A DNA stretch of 64,000 nucleotides, taken from positions 186,001 through 250,000 of the forward strand of contig NIVC01000446.1 in NCBI GenBank assembly GCA_002269645.1, written 5' to 3'. Below, in pieces: positions 1-10,757 of this stretch; the stretch's first letter is position 1; each line of letters opens with the position of its first letter. The position numbers and the translations under genes are program-made. The notes below the pieces were generated by a model. It was not told where the DNA came from and did no database searches. It was given only the letters and a program-made list of their open reading frames with translations. This stretch comes from Macrostomum lignano (taxonomy: Eukaryota).

Positions 1-1220
1 ATCCGGGCCTACGATCCGCACGGGGGCGCCGACAACAAGCGGTGACTGACTGGCCTGCACGAGACGTCTAGCATTGACAAGTTCAGCTATGGTGAGGATT
101 GTGGGCAGTTTCGGCCGCGTGTTGGCGTCGGTTAGACCCTGGTTTTAGGGCCCGGTGGACACTAACTTTAGAACTCGGTAGAGACTGACTTTAGGGCTCG
201 GTAGACACTAACTTTAGGGGTTGGTTGACACTGATTTTAGGGTCCGGTAGAAACTGATTTTAGGGCCTAGTAGACACTGACTTTAGGGCCCGTTAAGACA
301 CCAATTTTAGGGCCTGGGAGACACTGATTTAAAGGCCCTTTAGGCTTTGATTTTAGGGCCTGGTAGACACTGAATTTAGGGCCCAGTAGACACTGATTTT
401 AGGGCTTGGTAGACACTGACTTTAGGGCCCGGTGGACACTGGTTTTAAGGCCTGGTAGGCTGTGATTTTAGGGCCTGGTAGACACTGATTTTAGGACCTG
501 GTAGACACTGATTTTAGGGCCTAGTAGACACTGACTTTAGGGCTCGGTAGACACTGACTTTAGGGCCTGGTAGACACTGACTTTAGGGCCTGGTAGACAC
601 TGACTTTAGGGCCCAGTAGACACTGATTTTAGGGCTTGGTAGACACTGACTTTAGGGCCCGGTGGACACTGGTTTTAAGGCCTGGTAGGCTGTGATTTTA
701 GGGCCTGGTAGACACTGATTTTAGGACCTGGTAGACACTGATTTTAGGGCCTAGTAGACACTGACTTTAGGGCTCGGTAGACACTGACTTTAGGGCCTGG
801 TAGACACTGACTTTAGGGCCTGGTAGACACTGACTTTAGGGCCCAGTAGACACTGATTTTAGGGCTCGGTAGACACTGACTTTAGGGCCCGGTGGACACT
901 GGTTTTAAGGCCTGGTAGGCTGTGATTTTAGGGCCTGGTAGACACTGATTTTAGGACCTGGTAGACACTGATCTTAGGGCCCGGTAGACACTGATTTTAG
1001 GGCCCGATAATTCTGCCGGCCTCCAAAAACATTCCAAGCTCATTCAATTGAACTCTTTATTGAAGGCGTGGCACATCGCGGCTCCTCGATTCGGATTCCG
1101 CGTCAGTGCAGCGACGAGGGCTGCGGCTACATAGAGGATCGTCGTCCAGCTTCTAACTGTGATCCCTACAGCGTAACCGAAATGATCGTGCGCACCACCT
1201 GCCTTGGCGAGACTGACTAG
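1..1220 (+). CDS. GLUL: Glutamine synthetase (GSII), last two exons <1-91 and 1066-1220; in-frame TGA at 43-45, so possibly a pseudogene, null allele or base error
   Basis: Spliced translation [30 protein letters not shown]|[50 protein letters not shown] matches the GSII C-terminus (LTGxHET, RxxSIRIPR, EDRRP, NCDP). Donor G|GTGAGG at 92, acceptor AAG at 1063-1065, phase 1 consistent. Confidence 0.93.
140..1005. repeat. 23-bp minisatellite (GACACTGACTTTAGGGCCTGGTA) filling the GS intron, with a 230-bp higher-order period
   Basis: Visible tandem units; the variant block GGTGGACACTGGTTTTAAGG recurs at 431, 661 and 891. Confidence 0.95.
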
Positions 1221-1344
1221 GTGTATTATTGTGTACACTTCGCTTTGTCCTTTTTATCCTCGTCTCGCTTTCCCTTCCTTATCTTGCTCGCGGCGACCCC
1301 CTCTAGGCATATGGCTGTTAGGTAAAGAGTGTACATTGTTTATA

Positions 1345-2200
1345 TCTCCTTGCCCCATTGTATCGTAAATGAAGGTACATTTTCTATGGCTCCTCTCTGC
1401 CCCATTGTATCGTAAATGAATGTACATTATCTATGGTTCCTCTCTGCCCCATTGTATCGTAAATGAATGTACATTATCTATGGCTCCTCTCTGCCCCATT
1501 GTATCGTAAATGAATTTACATTATCTATGGTTCCTCTCTGCCCCATTGTATCGTAAATGAATGTACATTATCTATTGTTCCTCTCTGCCCCATTGTATCG
1601 TAAATGAATGTACATTATGTATGGCTCCTCTCTGCCCCATTGTATCGTAAATGAATTTACATTATGTATGGCTCCTCTCTGCCCTACTGTATTGTAAATG
1701 AATGTACATTATGTATGGCTCCTCTCTGCCCCATTGTATCGTAAATGAATTTACATTATGTATGGCTCCTCTCTGCCCTACTGTATTGTAAATGAATGTA
1801 CATTATGTATGGCTCCTCTCTGCCCCATTGTATCGTAAATGAATTTACATTATGTATGGCTCCTCTCTGCCCTACTGTATTGTAAATGAATGTACATTAT
1901 GTATGGCTCCTCTCTGCCCCATTGTATCGTAAATGAATTTACATTATGTATGGCTCCTCTCTGCCCTACTGTATTGTAAATGAATGTACATTATGTATGG
2001 CTCCTCTCTGCCCCATTGTATCGTAAATGAATTTACATTATGTATGGCTCCTCTCTGCCCTACTGTATTGTAAATGAATGTACATTATGTATGGCTCCTC
2101 TCTGCCCCATTGTATCGTAAATGAATTTACATTATGTATGGCTCCTCTCTGCCCTACTGTATTGTAAATGAATGTACATTATGTATGGCTCCTCTCTGCC
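1345..2200. repeat. 47-bp minisatellite downstream of the GS stop, alternating two-unit variants
   Basis: Unit TATGGCTCCTCTCTGCCCCATTGTATCGTAAATGAATGTACATTATG; period 47 measured between 1623 and 1670. Confidence 0.95.
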
Positions 2201-2892
2201 CTGTCGTATCTTAAATATCGTACTCTAATATCTGAAGCGCATTGACATCATACTCGTAGCTATGCTCGTATACTTACGCAAAATACATTGATAGAACTTA
2301 TAATAATATACTTGATCTTAATAAGAATTCTGTTCTATAAGATATTATATTCTGAATTCTATTGTAACATAAGAATGAGAATAAAAATTGCTGTGCCGTT
2401 TCGTCGGGCTTAAAAACATGCCGGAACGCCGAACTTTCTGTTAGTGTTGCTGCTTTTTCTTTTGCTGCTCCTACTGCTGCTTTTAAATTCGTATAAAAGA
2501 TATTAAAAGTTTGTTTTTATAGCATTTATCATTTATTGAAGAATTCGACCATTCATTATAAGACACTGTCAAATCATATTCAACCAATGTTTCTGTTTTT
2601 TTGTCTATAGTCAAAACATTGTCAAAGTATCACTAGAATATTCAGTTTTATCGGGACGTAAACATTCGTTAATAGTGCAAATTTATAAGTTTGGTCCTAT
2701 ATCTACATATAGGAGCGGCAGGCGGAAGTAAAGAAATGGTTATATGCAATATTTCTTTCAGACAAAAAATAAAACTGTAAGTTATTTTAACTATCGTTTC
2801 ACAGTCTTGACAAAGTTGCATACCAGAATAGCCTGCAGTTTGGAAGCTTTGAAAGGCACACAATATGTACAGTGTTGAATAGGCTGCACCGT

Positions 2893-3235
2893 CTATGGTC
2901 AAAACACTGTCTATAGTAAAAACACTGTCTATGGTCAAAACACTGCATGTCTATGGTCAAAACACCGTCTATGGTCAAAACATAGCACGTCAATGGTCGA
3001 AACGCTGTCTATGGTCAAAACACTGTCCATGGTCAAAACACTGCATGTCTATGGTCAAAACACCGTCTATGGTCAAAACACTGTCTATGGTCAAAACACT
3101 GTCTATGGTCATAACACCGTCCATGGTCAAAACACCGTCTATGGTCAAAACACTGTCTATGGTCAAAATACCGTCTATGGTCAAAACACCGTCTATGGTC
3201 GAAACACTGTCTATGGTCAAAACACTACATGTCTA
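2893..3235. repeat. 18-bp minisatellite (TCTATGGTCAAAACACTG)
   Basis: Visible tandem units; source of the MVKTLS-repeat ORFs. Confidence 0.93.
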
Positions 3236-4047
3236 TAGACAAATGTCAAATGTCATCACGGTTGCTAAGAGTGCAGCCTGGTTTGCTCACACACTGCGAT
3301 TCCTGTCCCGCCACTTTGCCACAACTCGCCTGACCGGTCAGTCCGGAATATCGCGGCCAAACCCATCCGAAAAAATGCACAATTCCTTCGCCAGCAATGT
3401 TATGTTGCAAGATAAGCTAAGATTGACGCGAAGCAAAAAAAGAGTTGCACCAAAACGATTTGCTTGAAAGCGAACGGACTTATGAATTTCTGAAATGCTA
3501 AGGATTAAGAAAATTTTCGCCCCTGTTAGATGGTGGTAAAGAAATATTGTACATGTCTGCGATAAAGAAATAGCCAAGTATATTGGATGCACGCACAGCA
3601 TTGCACGAACTACAGACCCAACCCAATCCAGCCCCCCCCCACCTCATTTCAGAACCGATTCCCGACCGACCTACCACAGCAAAGTGATAGCTGTTGCTGT
3701 TTATTACGAAGTACGCAGCAGATCTGGCATAAATGTTTAGCTGTCCGAACCCTGCCCAGTTGCTGTTGACACTGACTGCAACCGGTTAGATAATTTATTT
3801 GGTTTTGACAGGCCAAACAGTCATCACTGGTAAGTCGCCTATGCATGTAGTTTCAATTGTAAATTATGAGCCGAACTATATAAAATTTTAAATACGAGTA
3901 TTAAATGTTACTTTCATAATTTTGTGAAAGCAATCTCTAATCAATTGCTGGTCGATTTTACAAGCTCGAAGTTATTCAAACGCTGAATTTCGCTTTAAAG
4001 TTGTGAGCTAGCAGAAGTTACTATGGCAATACCTTTTAAGCTTGCGA

Positions 4048-5989
4048 AGAGTCGAGCTTGTGAAGAATCGAGCTTGTGTGAAGAATCGAGCTTGTGTGAA
4101 GAATCGAGCTTGTGTGAAGAATCGAGTTGTGTGAAGAATCGAGCTTGTGTGAAGAATCGAGCTTGTGTGAAGAATCGAGCTTGTGTGAAGAATCGAGCTT
4201 GTGTGAAGAATCGAGCTTGTGAAGAATCGAGCTTGTGAAGAGTCGAGCTTGTGAATATTCGAGCTTGTGAATAGTCGAGCTTGTGAATAGTCGAGCTTGT
4301 GAAGAATCGAGCTTGTGTGAAGAATCGAGCTTGTGTAAAGAATCGAGCTTGTGAAGACTCGAGCTTGTGAAGACTCGAGCTTGTGAAGAGTCGAGCTTGT
4401 GAAGACTCGAGATTGTGAAGACTCGAGCTTGTGAAGACTCGAGCTTGTGAAGACTGGAGCTTGTGAAGACTCGAGCTTGTGAAGACTCGAGCTTGTGAAG
4501 ACTGGAGCTTGTGAAGACTCGAGCTTGTGAAGACTCGAGCTTGTGAAGAGTCGAGCTTGTGAAGACTGGAGCTTGTGAATAGTCGAGCTTGTGAAGAATC
4601 GAGCTTGTGTGAAGAATCGAGCTTGTGCAAAGAATCGAGCTTGTGAAGACTCGAGCTTGTGAAGACTCGAGCTTGTGAAGACTCGAGCTTGTGAAGAATC
4701 GAGCTTGTGAAGAATCGAGCTTGTGAAGAGTCGAGCTTGTGAAGACTCGAGCTTGTGAAGAATCGAGCTTGTGAAGACTCGAGCTTGTGAAGTTTCGAGC
4801 TTGTGAAGACTCGAGCTTGTGAAGACTCGAGCTTGTGAAGACTCGAGCTTGTGAAGTTTCGAGCTTGTGAAGACTCGAGCTTGTGAAGACTGGAGCTTGT
4901 GAAGACTCGAGCTTGTGAAGACTCGAGCTTGTGAAGACTCGAGCTTGTGAAGACTCGAGCTTGTGAAGAGTCGAGCTTGTGAAGAGTCGAGCTTGTGAAG
5001 ACTCGAGCTTGTGAAGACTCGAGCTTGTGAAGACTCGAGCTTGTGAAGTTTCGAGCTTGTGAAGACTCGAGCTTGTGAAGAATCGAGCTTGTGAAGAGTC
5101 GAGCTTGTGAAGACTCGAGCTTGTGAAGACTCGAGCTTGTGAAGACTCGAGCTTGTGAAGTTTCGAGATTGTGAAGACTCGAACTTGTGAAGACTCGAGC
5201 TTGTAAAGACTCGAGCTTGTGAAGAATCGAGCTTGTGAAGAGTCGAGCTTGTGAAGAATCGAGCTTGTGTGAAGAATCGAGCTTGTGAAGAGTCGAGCTT
5301 GTGAAGAGTCGAGCTTGTGAAGACTCGAGCTTGTGAAGAATCGAGCTTGTGAAGAATCGAGCTTGTGAAGACTGGAGCTTGTGAAGACTCGAGCTTGTGA
5401 AGACTGGAGCTTGTGAAGAGTCGAGCTTGTAAAGACTCGAGCTTGTGAAGAATCGAGCTTGTGAAGAGTCGAGCTTGTGAAGAATCGAGCTTGTAAAGAC
5501 TCGAGCTTGTGAAGAATCGAGCTTGTGAAGACTGGAGCTTGTGAAGACTCGAGCTTGTGAAGAGTCGAGCTTGTGAAGACTCGAGCTTGTGAAGAATCGA
5601 GCTTGTGAAGAGTCGAGCTTGTGAAGAATCGAGCTTGTGAAGAATCGAGCTTGTGAAGAACCGAGCTTGTGAAGACTCGAGCTTGTGAAGACTCGAGCTT
5701 GTGAAGACTCGAGCTTGTGAAGACTCGAGCTTGTGAAGACTCGAGCTTGTGAAGACTCGAGCTTGTGAAGACTCGAGCTTGTGAAGACTCGAGCTTGTGA
5801 AGAATCGAGCTTGTGAAGAATCGAGCTTGTGAAGAATCGAGCTTGTGAAGAATCGAGCTTGTGAAGAATCGAGCTTGTGAAGAATCGAGCTTGTGAAGAA
5901 TCGAGCTTGTGAAGACTCGAGCTTGTGAAGAATCGAGCTTGTGAAGAATCGAGCTTGTGAAGAATCGAGCTTGTGAAGAGTCGAGCTTA
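4048..5989 (+). repeat. 16-bp minisatellite (TCGAGCTTGTGAAGAC/GAA), about 1.9 kb
   Basis: Long visible tandem array; same family as 15390-17225 in the opposite orientation. Confidence 0.97.
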
Positions 5990-6093
5990 CGAAAAGCCCA
6001 GATAATAAAGTTTAACTGATACTCGACAGCACAGAAAGATTGAATTGTTTCACACCTTCGACCTTCTCATGATTTCGCCATGCAGCCCTCAGC

Positions 6094-6525
6094 ATGGACC
6101 CCTATCGAGCATCGTTCCGCACTGCCTGTCGCCGAGCTGCACCAGGCGACCTGCAGCATCAGCAGCAACCGCAGCATCCGCCACTGCGCCGGATGCGCTC
6201 GGAGCCGGGCTTTACCGATCATTCCTCATCTGGCGGCCATCGTCAGCTGGCGAATTGGCAGCTGGCCAACTGTCACAATGGCCAGCAAATTCGAGCTGCT
6301 CTGATGGGCGTCCAACGACTTCAACGATGCCTGGACTCCATTGAAGCTGGGGTGGCTAAACTGGCTCACGATCGGCGGGAGATGTCGGACAGTCTGGCTC
6401 GCCGCGGCACCGAGCTTGCTGTCGCTGCTGGCGAACTCGCCGCAACAAAGCGTCAGGCTGCCCAGCTGGGCGAAGCTTTTGACAGGCTGACAGGTCAGCT
6501 GGATGACTGCGCACAGAAGTGCTGA
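6094..6525 (+). CDS. Orphan 143-aa protein with a C-terminal coiled-coil-like segment
   Basis: GC-rich ORF; acceptor-like CCCTCAG one base before the ATG; heptad-like LQRCLDSIEAGVAKLAHDRREMSDSL...LDDC. No family recognised. Confidence 0.55.
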   Translation: MDPYRASFRTACRRAAPGDLQHQQQPQHPPLRRMRSEPGFTDHSSSGGHRQLANWQLANCHNGQQIRAALMGVQRLQRCLDSIEAGVAKLAHDRREMSDSLARRGTELAVAAGELAATKRQAAQLGEAFDRLTGQLDDCAQKC

Positions 6526-6619
6526 CTGCTCCAGCTGAGTAGGTACTTGGCTTCTGCTTTTGTCATCGCAGGTTACAGTCAAAATCAGACTTACTAATGC
6601 CCAGGGGTCACTGTTGTCT

Positions 6620-8120
6620 GTTGTGGGGTCACTCTCTAGTGTCTGATGTGGGGTCACTCTGATGTCTGATGTGGGGTCACTCTCTAGTGTCTGATGTGGG
6701 GTCACTCTCTAGTGTCTGATGTGGGGTCACTCTCTAGTGTCTGATGTGGGGTCACTCTATAGTGTCTGATGTGGGGTCTCTCTCTAGTGTCTGATGTGGG
6801 GTCACTCTCTAGTGTCTGCTGTGGGGTCACTCTAGTGTCTGTTGTGGGGTCACTCTCTAGTGTCTGATGTGAGGTCACTCTCTAGTGTCTGATGTGGGGT
6901 CACTCTCTAGTGTCTGCTGTGGGGTCACTCTAGTGTCTGTTGTGGGGTCACTCTCTAGTGTCTGATGTGAGGTCACTCTAGTGTCTGTTGTGGCCTTGTG
7001 GGGTCACTCTCTAGTGTCTGATGTGGGGTCACTCTCTAGTGTCTGATGTGGGGTCACTCTCTAGTGTCTGTTGTGGGGTCACTCTCTAGTGTCTGTTGTG
7101 GGGTCACTCTCTAGTGTCTGATGTGGGGTCACTCTCTAGTGTCTGATGTGGGGTCACTCTCTAGTGTCTGTTGTGGGGTCACTCTCTAGTGTCTGATGTG
7201 GGGTCACTCTCTAGTGTCTGTTGTGGGGTCACTCTCTAGTGTCTGATGTGGGGTCACTCTCTAGTGTCTGTTGTGGGGTCACTCTCTAGTGTCTGTTGTG
7301 GGGTCACTCTCTAGTGTCTGTTGTGGGGTCACTCTCTAGTGTCTGTTGTGGGGTCACTCTCTAGTGTCTGATGTGGGGTCACTCTCTAGTGTCTGATGTG
7401 GGGTCACTCTCTAGTGTCTGATGTGGGGTCACTCTCTAGTGTCTGATGTGGGGTCTCTCTCTAGTGTCTGTTGTGGGGTCTCTCTCTAGTGTCTGTTGTG
7501 GGGTCACTCTCTAGTGTCTGTTGTGGGGTCACTCTCTAGTGTCTGTTGTGGGGTCTCTCTCTAGTGTCTGATGTGGGGTTACTATAGTGTCTGATGTGGG
7601 GTTACTCTAGTGTCTGATGTGGGGTTACTATAGTGTCTGATGTGGGGTCACTATAGTGTCTGATGTGGGGTCACTCTCTAGTGTCTGATGTGGGGTCACT
7701 CTCTAGTGTCTGATGTGGGGTCACTCTCTAGTGTCTGATGTGGGGTCACTCTGATGTCTGATGTGGGGTCACTCTCTAGTGTCTGATGTGGGGTTACTAT
7801 AGTGTCTGATGTGGGGTCACTCTCTAGTGTCTGATGTGGGGTTACTATAGTGTCTGATGTGGGGTTACTATAGTGTCTGATGTGGGGTCACTCTCTAGTG
7901 TCTGATGTGGGGTTACTATAGTGTCTGTTATGGGGTCACTCTATAGTGTCTGATGTGGGGTCACTCTATAGTGTCTGATGTGGGGTCACTCAAATTGCTA
8001 TCTTTTCAATGAAACTGTCTGATGTGGGGTTACTATAGTGTCTGTTGTGGGGTCACTCTCTAGTTTCTGTTGTGGGGTCACTTTATTGTCTGCCGTGAGT
8101 TCATTCTAGTGTCTGTTGTG
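6620..8120. repeat. 25-bp minisatellite (GTGGGGTCACTCTCTAGTGTCTGAT)
   Basis: Visible tandem array that starts after a donor-like AG|GTACTT at about 6543. Confidence 0.96.
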
Positions 8121-8515
8121 TGGTCATTCTTTTTTAATGTTAATTCCTGCAACTGAGAAATCAACATATCGGTGTCTCGCTAAATCAAAGCAATAAAACG
8201 TATTTTCAGTATTTATCGAAAACAGATTCACAAGTATTATTTTTTATCATACTTGGCTGGCGGCCTCTTATCTGTCACACTGTTTATATTATTTGCTGTA
8301 GACTATAATTATAGCGTTAGCGTTGGCCTTAGCCGAACTTAACCAAACTACAGAATATGCTAGTGTGTCTAATTTCAAAATTTCGCAAGCTTTTATTTAT
8401 AATAACTAAGAATAACGCATATGTTTATAGCTGTGGATCGGTGGTGCAATATGCGTTCTTGTTGCATTCTTAGATTAAACAAGACCTTCTGCTGCATTAA
8501 ATCACCTGTATTGTA

Positions 8516-9732
8516 CACCATTTTACCTCCAAAGTCTTGTTCAAAAGAAACAAGCAGAACTTCAATTCAAACACTTTAAGAAATAACAGCCCTTGCGGAA
8601 ATTCAAATCAAACAAAGTCCCTTTCTATTGAAACAGAGGAACTTCAATTCAGACTGTCTGTGGCCAAAATTGTCCCCGAATGACGCGCATGCGCAGATTT
8701 GAAATTCAAAAGAAACAAGTCACATTCTATTTCGACAGATTTTTGCACATAGGTACAAGTACATTTTAGTACATTAATCTAATTTTTTGTTTTTCCTGTA
8801 CTGCATATATAATTGTACAATCGTTGCGCAACAAGAAATGATATGAATGCTGAAAATCAGATTGAAGAAGACAATGAATTGCTAGAAGATGGAATCGATG
8901 AATTTGAAGCAGAATTCAATGAAGATATCATGTAACCGCAGCCTTGGCAGGGTGCTATTGTTTAAGCAACAGTGACGAGACCGTATCATCAGGGCTGCTG
9001 ATCGTGGGGATGACTTGTGAAACTGGCACGCCAACTTAGAGTCAAGAGGTCAACAGCGAACACGATTGTGAGGTCAGGGAGAGCGGAAAAGCAGCCTACG
9101 AGATTCCGGACACCATTCAGGTCAAGCGGTTTCCACCATACAGTCCATTTTTTAGTCCTGTGGAGAACTCAATCTCCTGTTGGAAGGCTGCTCTGAAGAG
9201 AAAACTGGCAGCAGGCCAGCAAAATTTCATCGCTCCGATAGCTGAGCAGCATGGGAATCAGTCAATGGCAGCCTATCAGCGAGACATTCTGTACAACATG
9301 GTGGACAGAACCATTGGCTGCATCTCTGTGGACAAATGCATTGAGTGGTTCAACCATGTGTTTACATGCGTCCCTCGCTGAGTGGGTGGACAGGCAATTG
9401 ATGGTCAGGTGTCTCAAGTTGGCCAACTGACACTGTCTTGCTCCTGTTTTTCATTTTACTCTTACGAGTATGTTCGTCGATATGTTGTGTTTTATCCCTT
9501 TGTCGAAATAGATGTGAATTTGTTTCTTTTGAATTTCAAATCTGCGCATGCGCGTCATTTGGGGACAATTTTGGCCACAGACAGTCTGAATTGAAGTTCT
9601 TCTGTTTCAATAGAAAGGGACTTTGTTTGATTTGAATTTCCGCAAGGGCTGTTATTTCTTAAAGTGTTTGAATTGAAGTTCTGCTTGTTTCTTTTGAACA
9701 AGACTTTGTTCAAAAAAGGAGGTAAAATGGTG
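8516..9732 (+). mobile_element. Internally deleted Tc1/IS630-family DNA transposon with about 225-bp TIRs and TA TSD
   Basis: TA|CACCATTTTACCTCC ... GGAGGTAAAATGGTG|TA; arms 8516-8737 and 9501-9732 are reverse complements. Internal frame 9130-9381 reads FPPYSPFFSPVENSISCWKAALKRKL, the [PA]YSPxxNPIE motif carrying the catalytic Glu of DDE_3 transposases. Confidence 0.9.
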
Positions 9733-10757
9733 TATTGAATTTGGATTTATTAGTGGTTTTTCAAAAGTTCCAGAACTGTCTTGCCTTAACTCTGTAGCGC
9801 CTCAAACAGTTGAAACACAATATACGGTTATTTATAATCTTATAAAGCAAAAGACGTAAAGTTAATTTTTGTTCTATTTATAGACTAGTTGTACGAGTAC
9901 ACCTTTATTCGTGTTGCAGTTAGCATAGCATCAAGTGAGGATTTACTATAGACAGTCTCGGCAGTGGATCGACAGCCTTTTGGCCATAGACGCTCTCTGC
10001 AGTTAGCGAGCGGAGAAAGAGAAGAGAGAGAACTCATGATCAACGAGATAACACAATACATTGATTCGTAGCATTTGACCAATATCATATTGCCAAAAGG
10101 TTGATACTAGCTCTTTAACACAGAAATATGATCAGTGGAGGCTATTTTTATAACCCTGTAAAAGTTTTGGAAGAAAAACAAGTCTTTAGAAAAGCAAAAA
10201 ATGAAAGTTCTGCTAGTTACTTTTTTGCTTTTATTCTGTGGAAAAGTTATTGCGTTAAGAAGACAGCTTTTACCCCCCCCCCGAAAACACACACAACTTC
10301 TTTCGTCTGACTGAACTTTCTTTGATATCGCTTCAATGCATGGCCTGGAACTTGTCCATAAGGAACGCAGATCCAAGAAGACTCTTGAGCTGCTAAAGAG
10401 ACGAGAAACTTTCAAAGTCAATGCAAAGACGAGAGCGAATATTAGCCGCTTCTGAAGAGTATAGATTGGCAAACAATTTCAATACAATTGCAGAGAATTG
10501 CAAAGCATAGGTTGCTGGGGAGGGGAGCACAGTTCGCTGTGCAGATGCTCCTGACACGAAGCGATTCCGGCACAAGTGTTTAGCGTCGGTAATGTCTGCA
10601 GAAATTTTTGCTGACTGTCAGCCAGTAAGCAGATCTGCGCTTTTTCTTTCTTCGTGTAGCATTTCTTTATATAATCCGTTTCAAAATCGAAAGGCTTCAA
10701 ATTCGAGAAGAGAATAGGGGCTGTTTGAGCTTTTCAACGAAACAGAAAAGGTGAGAA

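Noticed and set aside
1044-1238. 64-aa minus-strand ORF
   Set aside because: Antisense shadow of the last glutamine synthetase exon.
2895-4630. ORFs MVKTLS..., MHKLDSS... and their equivalents at 15349-16706, 32326-32998, 42504-43375, 44472-44969, 57055-57778
   Set aside because: Translations of minisatellites; no codon or domain support.
9885-10700. Several short ORFs that might be a decayed transposase or gene
   Set aside because: No recognisable motif, termini or consistent splice model.
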